Shown here in pieces: positions 1-12,290 of a stretch of DNA of 49,439 bases (its first letter is position 1; each line of letters opens with the position of its first letter). Below the pieces are notes generated by a model. It was not told the DNA's origin. It saw nothing but the letters and a program-made list of their open reading frames with translations, and searched no databases. The position numbers were made by a program, and so were the translations under genes. The DNA comes from Hyphochytrium catenoides (lineage: Eukaryota > Protista > Hyphochytriomycota), in the NCBI GenBank assembly GCA_900088475.1, contig FLMG01002325.1:1-49439 (forward strand), read 5' to 3'.

Positions 1-448
1 TCGAACAGCAGCGATCACAGACAAATCTGAAGCTCTTCATCGTACAGAGCTTCTTGCGCTCAGTGATTTCTCTATACACCACGGCTACGGACTCTTCGGA
101 GAAGCCGATAACAAAGGCCAAGGCTTCTCAAGCCTTTCCATCTAGTCTGCCGGCAGTTTCACCGGCTGGCTCCCGGCATCCAGTGGTGCTCTTCAGAGAT
201 ATTTACCTTTCAAGCCATCTAAGAGACAGTGGATAGGGCAGCTGAAGAGTAGTAGAGATGGACTAAGAGCGGTCGCATACGCTCCGCTGTCAGTTAATCT
301 CCGTCTCCTCTCTGCTATTTCCCAATCTTCCAGCTCCTTTCTCGTCAATACATTGCGTTCTGGCTTCAATACGAGGCGGTTTACACCGGAGAAGGATCAA
401 GGGGATCTGTACATTGAACTCTAGGACCTGCGCGAAGTCACAAGGAAA

Positions 449-841
449 ATGGATCAAGCGATAGAGAAGCTCCATAGTCTTTCTCTCGCTGAGGGCTCTG
501 GTGGGTTCTTCGGCAATCAGCAAGCCATGCTACTGAAGAAAGACTATGAACGCATGGCTATGGAGCAAGAGAGAAGAATTTACCACGCTACTAAGGAGAA
601 TGAGCAGCTCAGGCATATTTTAGCAGCCAAGGAGGAAGAGAACAACCTTCTGCGCAAAGCGATCAACATCTTAGAGAAGAGAGCCAGTGACGCCTCACAG
701 GAGGCAGAGGAGGCGAAGGTTCTCCGGCAGAAAGTGAAGCAACTCGAACAGGCAAACTTCGCCCTTACAGTGCACCTCCAGACTCTCCAGGGAAGCAATT
801 CAGAAAGCTCTCTGAGAATGCGGCCGCCAGACGTGTTCTAA
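449..841 (+). CDS. Coiled-coil protein resembling the C-terminal half of plant-type CUE-domain proteins; the true start may lie in upstream exons
   Basis: The ORF ends LEQANFALTVHLQ...RPPDVF*, like the NNYAL.MHL...PDVF end of that family. MDQAIEKLHSLSL resembles the last CUE helix. There is a possible in-frame acceptor ctag at 421-424. Confidence 0.6.
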   Translation: MDQAIEKLHSLSLAEGSGGFFGNQQAMLLKKDYERMAMEQERRIYHATKENEQLRHILAAKEEENNLLRKAINILEKRASDASQEAEEAKVLRQKVKQLEQANFALTVHLQTLQGSNSESSLRMRPPDVF

Positions 842-1481
842 GCAACGTCGTGAGCATGGCCCTTTATATATATGATGAGGCTCCTGCCGTTTTACTGCTT
901 GGCAACCTTGGCGCTGAGGCTTTATTGCTTTTTTCCATTCCTTGCTACTCTCGCCTTCCAACTTCCCCTGCCTTCAGTCTGCTCTATTTTGACGGCCCTC
1001 AGTCAAGGGAACCTCCATGCAGCTTCTTTGGAAAGGAATCCGCTGGAAGCTACAGCAGTGAAGAGCACTCTCCTACTTGCTCTCTCTTTCTCTAATGGGA
1101 GTGTAAGCCTCTCCTGACGTCGGTATGGCCAAAGAGAGGACGGCCAATCTATCTTCAGCCTACTTTGAACTCTCAGTCGGCACATCACGGCCTTTCCACT
1201 TAATGGCCCACCATTTCTGTGCCCTAACTCTATTATCTAATAGTTCCAACATCATTTATCTGCCACCCACGACTTCCTTCTCTGACAGACGCTGAAGATG
1301 AACTTAAGAGAGAGAGAGATGGAGAGAGAGTATCAGCAGAGTGTGAGGATATATCGTTAAACAGAGCGTCGCTCCCAGCAAGGAGTGCAGAAGGGAGAAG
1401 ATAGCGATAACCCAATAAGAGCAGAGTGTGACTCTTTGCTCTCTCTTTTTGTTTCTCTTTCTTATTTATAAGCAGATTAAT

Positions 1482-3294
1482 TTAGGTTGTCGGGGTAGGA
1501 GGCGGAGTAGGAAGGGGAGCTTCTACTTCTCCTTTAAGAGGTGTTTTCTCTATCCAGCCCAGGACCTCTCTTAGCCCCAGACCTGACATCGCGCTTGTCT
1601 CCTGCGCCGTCACTCTGCTGCCTCTTGAGCCTGGCAACGCCGGCCCGCTGCAGTCTAACATCGTCAGAGCCCGCAGATGGCATCGAGGAATGAGGTTGGG
1701 CAGGTCACTACGCCAAAGCAATGGGATGACGGACGACGGCCGATGGAGGAAGAGACAGAGAGTAGAGAGCGTATGTGTGTGAGACAGAGCGTATGTGCGT
1801 GTGAGGGAGAAAGAGAAATGAAGAGAAGAGACAGAAAGAGAGAGAACGGGTTAAATGGGTGAGGATGACAGCCTCAAGCAAAGACTGAGCCAATGCATTA
1901 GTGAGAGTACTACGGAGAGCCAAGAACATCGACGGAGGGAGATGAAAGGAGATGGGAGTAAAGGAGAAGAAGAGAGGAGGAGTGACCGAGCTACCATTTG
2001 CTAATGACGAGAAGAATGGGGATCTTCGCTGCGTCCGCGTGACCAAGCACTTCCCAGAGCTCCACACAGGAGGCAGAGAGTTGATGAGGATTGGATGCGT
2101 CCATTACATACTGAGGAGGAGAGAGTTGACGGGTAACATAGAGAAGGAGAGAGAGAAGCAACAGAGAGAGATGGAGAGTATTTGAACGCGTTAGAGGGGG
2201 AGAAAGGGGAAGAAACGAAGAGGCAGAGAGAAAGGAAGGTCCTCACGTAAAGAGAAAAGGCAGGAAAGAAAGAGAGAGGGCACGGAGACATACAGACAAT
2301 ATGAGAGCAACAACTCGGCAAGAGATTGCGAGAAAGATGGACGTAATAGTGTACGGCAGTAGCACAAGATGCCAGAAAGAGCGACATGGAGAAAGTGACA
2401 TGGTGCCGTGGAGAATCAAAGAGAAAGAGAGAGAGAGAGAGACGCCCATAAGGCAAGAAAGAGCCATACGTGAAAGAAGTCACTCTCCTAGCGCAGAGAT
2501 AAAGGAAGAGAGAAGGAGAGAGGAAGAGAGAGTACCAGGATGAGGTCTGTGGAGCCATAATATGATGGCCATGTGGGGATCATGGACCCGCCAACTTCCT
2601 TGAGAGTGACAGAGAGGCTGTTGACAGTGACTTTGTCGATTTCCACGCCGACCTGGGCCGTAGAGCCCCACAGAGAAGGAGACAGAGAGAGACAGGCACA
2701 CCGACAGAGAGAGACAAAGAGCGAGCGAGCGAGAGGGAGGGAGAGACACAACACGGACAGAGGAAGAGATGGGAATGGGAACGGAAAAAAGAAGAAACTA
2801 ATGTAAGACGAGAGTGCCTTTTAGAAGAGGATGGCTAACACCAGAGAGGCAGGGCGAAGAGGAGCCATGGCAAAACGGAAGAGAACGCGGAAGAGCTGAC
2901 AGAAGAAGAATATGTTCTGAATCCTATTCGAGGGGAAACTAGTAAAATCGAAAGGGGAGAGAGAGGAGAGAGAGAGAGAGAGAGNNNNNNNNNNNNNNNN
3001 NNNNNNNNNNNNNNNNNNNNNNNNNNNNNNNNNAGAGAGAAAGAGAGAAAGAGGGAGAGAGAGAGAAGCAAGATGTATCAGCCAGTCACTGTAAGGAAAA
3101 GATACCGTAGGAGACGTCGTTGTATCCTTAAGATTGAAGATCTTTCCTTTCCTAGGATCGTCCAGGATTGCTGACAGAGAGAGAGATATATAGTGGTGTC
3201 ACTCACTGGAGAAGGGTCGTACCTCTTTACTCTTCTCTACCCTGGTCAGCCTCATCTCTGAATGTCATTCTGTTCTGCCTCTCACACTCTCTCT

Positions 3295-3332
<38 letters not shown>

Positions 3333-3578
3333 ATTTCTTTCTCTCTCTGTGTATGTGTACGTGTTGGTCTCTTCTGTGTCTCCTCTTTCGCTCCCGCCTT
3401 TCTCGCCTTCTTGTGTCTGACTCTAGCTCTCCCAGAGCGCTCTCTTTCTCTCCATCCTCTCATGTTTCCTCTCTCTCTCTTTCTCTCTCTCAGGGTCTCC
3501 CTCGCTCTTTCCTTCTCTCTAATATATAAACAAGTCATACATATTTCTCGGTCTCTTCCTCTTCTTTCATTTACCCTC

Positions 3579-3615
<37 letters not shown>

Positions 3616-3727
3616 CTCTCTTTCTCTCTCTTCTCTTACCATTGAGTGCTCTCACAAGAAGAGTCTTTCCTGTGCCCTCACAGCCGAGGACCAGGACGGA
3701 GCGCTCAGTGAAGGCTGGAAGGGACAT
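1482..3727 (-). CDS. ARL16: ADP-ribosylation factor-like GTPase 16; 5 exons (3727-3640, 3170-3106, 2652-2536, 2110-1995, 1707-1482), 203 aa
   Basis: GT-AG splicing gives a contiguous frame with P-loop GCEGTGKTLL, SPTVG, KEVGGSMIPTWPSYY (ARL16-type xExGG instead of DxxG), YVMDASNPHQLSASCVEL, SKCDLP and SAMSGLGLREVLGWI. Confidence 0.9.
3280..3635. repeat. (CT/GA)n microsatellite-rich ARL16 intron 1
   Basis: Long imperfect tctctc runs. Confidence 0.9.
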
Positions 3728-4160
3728 CCTTTCTTACTAACAGGGGCGCCCAAGGCGGCAAGGAATGGGGAAGACGATCTATTATTGGGGCGGCAGATGA
3801 AGCACAGGCAGAGAGAGATTGGCAGTTTGCGGGAGAAACAGAGAGAACAGAGAGAGAGAGAGAGAGAAAGTAGGAGAGGGACAGACCTAGAGATTAGAGA
3901 GAGACAGAGAGAGATGTCTTAGGGTTGAATGACAAAAGATTATGAGCAGAACAGGAGAGGCAAGCTTAGGAAGTATCAGGAGCTCGATGGCTGCGAGTGA
4001 CTCGCAACTCTTCTCCTGCACTCGTCTATAATGAAGATTGGCGTCCAAGACGCGAAACAGTGTATGTCTTCGTGTCACCTCTCTGTTCGCCGCCCCCTGT
4101 CGCGCTGTCTCGGGTCTCTCTCTCTCTTCCCCCCCCCTCTCTCTNNNNNNNNNNNNNNNN

Positions 4161-4192
<32 letters not shown>

Positions 4193-4403
4193 GCCTCCCT
4201 GATACGAGTGCAGTTGTGCTTCTAAAAGCACCGTTACAAGCCATCATGCGCCTTATATAGAATACTGCATGATCTTATCATTTTTCTGCATGAACAGTAC
4301 AACGTTATTCCGCATAGCTTCGTCTTCGCATTATCAAAGAGTTTGGATTCCGTGTCGCTTCATATTATCCTTTCCGTCCTAGGAACTACTCTTCTTATAC
4401 AAC

Positions 4404-4406
<3 letters not shown>

Positions 4407-4445
<39 letters not shown>

Positions 4446-4467
4446 TTCTCTCTCTCTCTCTCTCTCT
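4407..4467. repeat. (CT)n microsatellite
   Basis: Near-perfect dinucleotide run. Confidence 0.95.
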
Positions 4468-4812
4468 GTGTGGCTCCCCTCTCTGTGTCTAGTTCTTGAC
4501 CATCTCTTCCCTTTTTTCTTTTTTCTCTCTCACCATTTTCTCTTTCTGCAGTCCCATTTGTCTTCTCCCTCTCTCTCTCTCACTTTCTATTCTGCCTCAA
4601 TTCTCTCCGAAGACCTTCTCCCTGTCTCTCCTCCTCTCTCTCATCATACTCATCACTCTTCCTTAGTGCTGACAGAAGAGAAAGAAGACAATGAAAGAAG
4701 ACAGATTAGCCGCCGAAGAGAGAGAAGGCAAAGAACGGGAAAGTTCTTTCTGAGTGAGGAAAGAAGGCTGGAAGAGAGAAAGTGGCCTTTCCATGAGAGA
4801 AAGAGAGACCAG

Positions 4813-7800
4813 ATGGAAGGCTCTTTCTTGAGGGAAGGAGAGGAGGAAGGAGAGAGAGAGAGCAGATGGCAGAGACTCTTCAAGAAGCGAGAGCTCTCTC
4901 CTTCTCCCTGGACAGAGCAGAAGGATACAAAGGCCCTTTTCTCTCTCAGGCAGCAGCTCCTCCAGACAGAGACAGAGCATCAGTTCTCTCTCTCTTCTTC
5001 TCTCTCTTCCGTCTCCAACACCACTGCCTCTCTCTTCTCTAGCCCTTCTCTTTCCATGCCACCAAGTCTCTCTCTCCCTCTCTCTCTCTCTCCCTCTCTT
5101 TCTCTCTCTCCCTCATCTTCTCCCGTCCCGGCAGACCCGGACTCAAAGGTATTATCAGACTGGATTCAGAGAATGAGAGAAGAAAGTGAGAGCATCACCG
5201 TCCGCACTCTGCAGACTCTAGCCTCGACTCCAGGGAGGAAAGAGAAGAGAGAGAGAGACCAAGAGAGAGATGAAGAAGCAGGAGAGGAAGCGCGGCAACT
5301 CCTCAAGACCTGGACTCAAGTGAAGAGGGAAGAGGAGCAGATGCGAGGAGGAGAGAGAGAACGAAAGAGAGACAAAAGGTCCCAAGAAAGACTTAGAAAA
5401 AGCTCAAAGAATGCGGGAAGAAGAGTGAACCAGACCGCGGCCTCTTCTTCTTCTCCTTCTCTCTCTCCCTCTCTCTCTCCCTCTCTCTCTCTTTCTCGCC
5501 CTTCCCGAAACCCTCAGCCCTGGGACTTCACCTCTCCTTCTCTTCCCCGGCCGGGCATCAAGGTAGAAATTTCTGTCAAGAGACCCGAGAGGATGCAACG
5601 AGAGAGAGACAAACCGCTGAAGGAGGATGAAAGAAAGACAGAAGAGAGTCTTTCTGAGAGAGAAGAGAGAGAACCAGCAACAGATGAAGGAAACGACAAC
5701 ACGCGGGAAGAAAGAGACACGCCTGAGCACGGCCAGAACAGGGAAGAGACGGAAACAAAGAGAGAGAGACCTGACGATGAGGTTCTCTCTCTTCGCGCCC
5801 GAGTTGACACTCTCCGGCAGCTAGTACTCTCTACTTTCTCTCTCTTGGGACAAGATATCCAGCCAGAACTCCTGCCTCCTTCTTTCTCTCAGGAGTCTCT
5901 CCCAGGTCTCCCTCTCTCTCTCTTGAAAGAGGCACTGAGCGCGCAGGAAGGGAAATATAGGCAAATTCTTAAGGATGCAAGAGATAGGCTGGTGCAGGAA
6001 AAAGCCGAACAGAGAGAGACAGGGGAGAGAGGAGAGAGAGAGAAAGAGAACCTGGAGAAGCCACAGAGAGAAGAAGAGATAGAAGGAAAGAGCCAGGAGG
6101 CACAGACAGAGAAAGAGGAAAGGAAGAAGAGGGAGAGAGAGATCTGGTGCCGTTGGAAGCTTTTCCTCCGTCTAGGAAAGGCCCAGCATCTGGAACAGCG
6201 AAGGAAAGAGAGAGAGAAACGAGGGATTCTAGAGATTTGGAGAAGTGTCTCTCTTCGAAGAAGGAGACAGATGGACAGCGCAACTCTCCGGTGGCGCTTC
6301 CGCGTTCTCTCTCGCTTCTTTCGGATCTGGAGACTCTTCCAGGAGAATGTGAAGAGAGAAAGGGAGTTTATTGCTGCAGAGAGAGACTTACAGGTGCGAG
6401 CCGGAGCCATGGACGCGGTTCTCGTCCGCAATCTTTTGCTCTTATTATCACCTCTATGGCAATCTGCTTCTACCTTTTCTGCCATCTCTTCTTCCCCGTG
6501 TCTTACTACACTCTCCGTGTTTGTGTGTATATCTCCTACCTTGTTGCCTCTCTCCTACGCGCAAAAAGGCATTCTCTCTCTCTCTCTCCATCTCTCTCTG
6601 TCTCTCACATTCTTTCACATCTCGTATGTCTGTCTTTCGCCCTCATTTGGTCCGTTCTCTCTCCTTCCTTAGCTCGAAAGATTGAAGCTTGAGACTGCGG
6701 ACCGGCTGTACAACCGTGTGACTCTCTCTCGCTTTCTCATTTGCTGGCGAGACATAGTACAAGATGAGAGGGAGAAGAGAGACCAAGAAGAGGCGAGAAA
6801 GAGAAGACAGCGAGCACTCTCTCTTCTTGTTGAACGCTCCAAAGTACATCAGGCGGCAAGAGAGGTAAGTGTAGAGAGAAAGAGTTCCGCTGGCACACTC
6901 TCTCTCCTCAGTGCACTGCCTCTCTCTGTCATTTGTTACCGTTCTCTCTTCTTCTGTATGTCAACAGATATCTTTCGCTTCTCTCTCCCTTGCTCTGTCT
7001 CACTACTTGACACTTATGGACTTCGCTCTCGCTCTCTCCTGCTCTTCTCTCTCTCTCTTCCACACCCTCTCCCTTTCTCATTCTCTTTCGCTTTTCTCTC
7101 TATTTCTCTCTTTGACTCTTTCTCTCTCTTTCCCTTTTTCTGCACAACCCTGTCCTTCCTTCTTCCTCTCTTTCTACTCACTCTTCTCGTGCCGCATTTT
7201 CCTTCATTGTCTTACATCCTAATTCCTCTACTCGCTCTGATAATTTTAGGAGAACCCTGGGCGAGAAGTAGAAGAGGAGAAGCCCAACTTAGTAAAGAAG
7301 GAGAGACTGGAACAGGTGGAGAAGGAGGACAAGACTAGGAAGGAGCAAAGATCAAGAGATATGAAGAGAGAAAGAGGGGGAGAAAGAGAGAGAAAGCAGA
7401 GTTTTGATCCAGTAGTCGTTGCCTTAGAAGAGAGAGCGACAGCGAGAAAGAGAGCAAGAGAAGAGCTGAAACAGAAGTACCAGGAACAAAAGCGCCAGAG
7501 AGAAGAGGAGGAGAAGAAGAAGGAGGAAGAGAGACAGGAGCTTGAGCGGCAACTGAGAGTTGCTCAAGGGGAACAGGCGCTCAAAGAGAAGAGGTGATGT
7601 ACACTATGAGGGGTATTTTACCTCTCTGCCGAAAGACTTTTCTCTCTCTTTTTCTCTCTCTTCCCTTGTCCCACTTTCACGGTTCACCACTTTCTCTACA
7701 AAAGTACCAGCTCTAAAGCATCATGTCGCTTTTTTCTTCTCTGATCTCTCTTTTCTATCTGTCTGTCTCTCTCGCTTTCTCTCTTTCCCGCTCCCCTTTT

Positions 7801-9657
7801 TCTCTCTCTTCTCTCTCACTCTCTGTCTTGCTCTTCTCTCTTTTTAGTCTCTCTGTCTTTCTCTCTGCGGCTCCTCTCCTTTCGTAGTCATGGTCCGCTT
7901 ATCCCTCTTGTCTGTCTCTGACAAAGCTTTCTCTGCGTAAATCCTTGCGGTCACTCTCTCAGTAGTTCTTTTACTCTCTCTGAAACCCTCTTCACTCTTT
8001 ACTGCCCTTTGTCTCTGCTTTTGCTCTCTTCCTTCTCTCTCTCTCATTTTCCCTTTGCTTGTACATTGTAGAGATGACGCCGAGAGACGCCAGCGATTGG
8101 CACAGGATCGACTCTTGTTAAGGGAACAGCTGCAGTTGGCGGTGCTGCACAGACAGAGAGCGCTGCTGAAGTTCAGAGGCTTCAGACCGTGGGCCAAGCT
8201 GCTTACCATTGCCCGGTAATAGGAAGAGAGAAAGAAAGAAAGAGCGTATCGAGAAAATCCAATGGAGAGCAGACCGCGACGTGACGGGGGCACACGGCAG
8301 GGAGGAGTGGAGGAAGATAGAGAAAGGTGGAAGAGAGGGGTTCAGAGAGAGACAGAGAAGAGACAGAATGAGAGAGAAAGAGAGAGAGAAGGGAAAAAAG
8401 GGGGAAGAGAGACAAGATGGAGCGGGAGTGCCAAAGAAAGCGATTGAGCAAAAAAGACCGCAAAACGAAGAAAATGGAGAGAATGCGAAGAGACAGAAAC
8501 AGACAGAGAAGTGGATAGATTATGATGACCTTCTAGCTAGAATATATATAGACTTCGGCCGCCATGCTTCGTAGGAGGAGAGCAAGGACAGAGCTAACTT
8601 GACGCCTCACTCTTCAGCTTAAAGATCAAGAAGGCTGAGAACGCCAACCGCTACCGACTGTTAGGGTGGACGGTGGCGAGCTGGAGGGAGAGAATAGCAG
8701 AAAGAAAGAGAGAAAGAGAACAGGAAGCGAAACGGAAAGAAGAGAGAGCCATTGAGCATTGGACTTGGAACACCCTCGAGAAGATATTCGTGACACTGAA
8801 AAGAAGGCAACAACTCTATCAGGTAGGGGAGAGGTTACCACGCGTTTTGATTGAGGGATTGAACTGACCGAGGGTGGTCGGAGGAAGAGAAATTTTTTGA
8901 CAGAGAGAGTCACGGAGAAAGAAAGAGGAGAGATACACAAGAGAGGAGAGGGAGGAAGCGGAAGAGAGAAGAGAAGGATGGGGAAAGGCACTTGTTATCA
9001 AGCTACAGAAACAAGCGCATGGGACAGGACATTGTGTGTGTGTGTGGAGGCAGAAAGAGAGGAAAAGAAAACAGAGAGAGGAGGAGTGTATGAGAGAGAG
9101 AGAGGAGATTGTGGGCGAGAGACAGGGTGAGAGAAGCCTGCCAACTACCAACGGATCAGTAAATTCTCACCGCATCCTTAACTGCAGAGATCGGAGCGCA
9201 TCGTACGTTATAAGAATCGACACCGCAGGGCACTAGAAGCCTTAAGGGAATGGCGGCGAAGGAGGAGGGAGAGAGAAGAAAAAGAAGAGGAACTGAAGGA
9301 GAAAGTGGCTGCTCATCTAGTGAAGTTCCAGCGCTGGTGGTTCTTAATGAGGTGGCGACACTGTGTTAATGTTACAAAGGAGGAGAGGAAGGACCTAGAA
9401 CTTCGAGCGGCTCTTTGGGAAAAGGTATGCCTATGCCCATCTCAAGAGCCTATCCACACTCTCTCTCTCTCTTTCTTTCCTCTACCTCTCTTTTTTCTGT
9501 CACTCTCTCCCATCTATTTCCCGTCTATAGCCTCGAAATCTCCTTCTTCTGCCGCTTTCTCGCTTATTTTACCCCCTTCCTCTCCCCTGGATACGTTAAG
9601 GTTCACTCCTGGATAGACCCGAAGGAAATTGCCCCGTCCTTTCCCAGAGGCCGATGA
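4813..9657 (+). CDS. Multi-exon E/R-rich coiled-coil protein with Sfi1-like Trp repeats, CCDC191-like (putative centriole/cilium protein)
   Basis: Large first exon within ORF 4468-6672, then exons at ~6673-6864, ~7250-7593, ~8072-8214, ~8575-8823, ~9188-9424 and ~9601-9657. Repeated motifs IWCRWK, ILEIWR, LSRFFRIWR, LSRFLICWR, GFRPW, LMRWR. C-terminus LRAALWEKVHSWI. The start codon and family are inferred. Confidence 0.6.
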
Positions 9658-9804
9658 TAAGACCACTGGCATACCGCCCATGAAAAGCCTAAGCTGGGAC
9701 GGGTATAAACGGAGGAGACGGACCTAAGTCTCTCTCTCTGTCTCTCCGTCTCTCTTTCTTACCCCAGCCCGCCTTGACGATGACCCGTGGCCATCCGCCA
9801 TCGG

Positions 9805-12290
9805 TCAGTCTAGGGTCTGCTTTCTCTTCTTGTTGAAGGATCTCATTTGCTCCAGCTGTTCTCCGGGCAAAGGGTCATCACTCACGGAGAGGCGGCGCGT
9901 CTTAGGGACATTTGAGAGAGAAAAGACCTCCGTCAGTTGATGCAAGCGTGACCCACTTCACAATGACGATAGGAGAGAGGAGCTAGGACGAAGAAGCCAT
10001 AACAAAATGGAAGAAAGCATAACTCTCTGAACCTGCACTTGTCAAGGAGTCAAGGAGCCCATTACTAACGGCAACGGGTGGATAACAGGAAGCAACTAAA
10101 CCAAGCTTTGAAGGATACAGGCAGGAGCCTAGCTTTTCCTACATTGATCCAAGGATGCATCATCGCCTCCTCGGCTGTGAAGCGCTGTTCAGAATCCACA
10201 GCCAGCAGCCCTCGAAGCAAGGATTTGGCTAAAATAACGGGTCAAAGTAGTGAGAAAGGGAAGCACATGGAGATTGAGAGGACCAGGAACTACGACGGTT
10301 AATAAGTGGGAAGGGGTTCTCCACGCACCATCGTCTGAGAGCCTGCAGTGAGGAGGGAAGTCAACGGTTGAAGACCTGGCCAGGGGGTCAAAGGTGGGAG
10401 TGGTACCGCAGAGCCTGTTAAGATAATAGATCAGAGAGATAATTAGAACAAGAGAAAGAGGTGGGCGCGAGGACAAACAGGAAAGCAGCAGGAAAGAGTG
10501 CAGGTTCATATCTCTATAGAGAGAGAATATAGGGCGGGAACGACTGGAGGTTGAGCATTGCGCAGTTTAGCAGCTCTCTCTAACATTATATACAGCACGA
10601 CGCCTGCACTCCAAAGATCCACCGCCTGGTCATAACCCAGCCCCCTGCGCACTTCAGGAGCTAGATGTTTGTCGATATTAGATAATAGAAGAGCTCAGAT
10701 ACAGCGGCAGTCCGCAGCACGAGAGGTCGAGGAACGAACAGAAAGCAGTACGAAGATCGGTATAAAGAACGAGACAGTAAGAGATAGGGACGCAGGTAAG
10801 GGTTTGGGAGAAGAGAAATGGGGCAAATGGTAGGCAGAGTCAAGAGCGATAGGGAGATCACACATGGCACACAAAGGAGGCTATGGAGAGAGTGCGGGGC
10901 GATAACTCTCGACAGAGCAGAAGAAAGAGCGAAGAAGGATGCTACCCACCAACGTAATAGTCGCTCCCACAGGCCGTGTACGCTCTATCTCTTCTCCTAA
11001 CCTCATTGCTGTCCCCTGCCGTTATAGCCGCAAAGCCAAAGTTCTCAAGAGTCTTGACGAGGCCGAAATCGCTAAGCTTTATATCAACGATGCTGTCAGG
11101 GTTTGCCAACAGGATGTTCTCTGGTTTGATGTCTCTGTGTATGATGGAGTGGCGATGGAGGTAGGCGATCGCATCTAGGAGGCGAGCCATAACCTCAGAG
11201 GCATCTCTCTCGCTGTAAACCTTTACTTCCTCTAGCTTATAAANAGAGAGAGAGGGGATGGGGGGGGGGCGGAGAGAGAGAGAGAGCGAGAGAGAGAGCG
11301 AGAGAGAGCGAGAGAGAGAGAAAGAGAGAGCGAGAGAGAGAGAAAGAGAGAGAGTGACGGGAGAGAGAGAGTGAGTGAGAGAGAGACAGACAGACAGAGA
11401 CAGAGAGAGAGAGACAGAGACAGGGAGAGAGAGACAGAGAGAGAGAGACAGAGAGAGAGAAACGAATGCTTCACTGACATGAAGGTGGCACAATAGGGAA
11501 GATTTAAGGTTCACCGAAAGTAAGCCAGAAGACAAGACGTCCTCACCATTCCATGACCACGAATAGCTCTGTGTCCGTCTCAAAGAGCTCCTCCAGTGCT
11601 ATAATGTTCGGGTGATGGAGACGGGACAAAGCCAAGATCTCTTCTCTCAGGCGGGAAGCGCCGCCCACTCCTCGCTTGTCGATAATCTTTACGGCGTAGA
11701 GCTGTCCGGAAGCCTTGCGCCGACATACTCTAACTACCGAAACTCCTCCTCTGTATGGTAGAATAGAGACAGAAGAGTAACACGGTTAATAGCTAGCAGA
11801 AAGTCGCCCATCAACAGCTTGAGGTTAACGCAAAGGATATGAGGCTGGGCCAATTCACGATTGCGAAGACTCATGTATATATTGGTTGCTAGGAAGGCGG
11901 TGGATTGAGTCCACCAGTGGCTGTGCCCGCAAGATTACGACGAAGAGACAGAACGATGGCAAGAAGGGGATATACAGCCAAACCATGAGCGAATATGAAA
12001 GACTCAGGGACGCAGATGAGCCAAAGATGGCCTTATAGTAATAACATTTGAGGAAGAGGGACTGCAGAGACAGTAGGAAGCTACGGCGGCCTGCAAGGGC
12101 CACGAGGCGCCTACCTCCCGATGATCTGGCCGAGGTCATAAAAATCCAAAAATTCAGCGGTGCTTGGTCTGCTTTGCGCGATGCCCTCAGTCACTCGCAC
12201 CTGCTCTTGTGAACGGAAGAAGAGAGAGAGCGGGGGAAGAGGGGCGTGAAGTGCTCCTCCGCCAAAGGTCTCCTCTTTGTGCTCAGCCAT
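9805..12290 (-). CDS. CAMK-group Ser/Thr protein kinase (multi-exon; the N at 11244 hides part of one exon)
   Basis: Motifs across exons: YDLGQIIGR|GGVSVV, YAVKII, LHHPNII, HRDIKPENILL, LSDFG, ACGSDYYV|APE, AVDLWSAGVVLYI, LLAVDSEQRFTAEEAMMHPWI. In-frame ATG at 12290. The last exon (..NKKRKQTLD*) is tentative. Confidence 0.88.
11245..11460. repeat. (GA)n/GACA compound microsatellite in a kinase intron
   Basis: Continuous imperfect gagaga/gacaga run next to a single-N gap. Confidence 0.95.

Noticed and set aside
2653-3105. ARL16 intron 2 donor GTATCTTT as a possible U12 GT-AG intron
   Set aside because: It has a mismatch at +6 and no U12 branch sequence near the acceptor.
1700-9300. Many short SLSL/RERE ORFs on both strands (also at 37000-49000)
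   Set aside because: They are translations of microsatellites, or antisense shadows of real exons.
11540-11560. TGA after FVVMEW in the kinase as selenocysteine or readthrough
   Set aside because: It is part of the splice donor TG|GTGAGG.
11751-11840. ATATCCTTT on the minus strand inside kinase intron 1
   Set aside because: The enclosing intron is an ordinary GT-AG intron that restores the frame. There is no good CCTTAAC branch site and no exon needs this donor.
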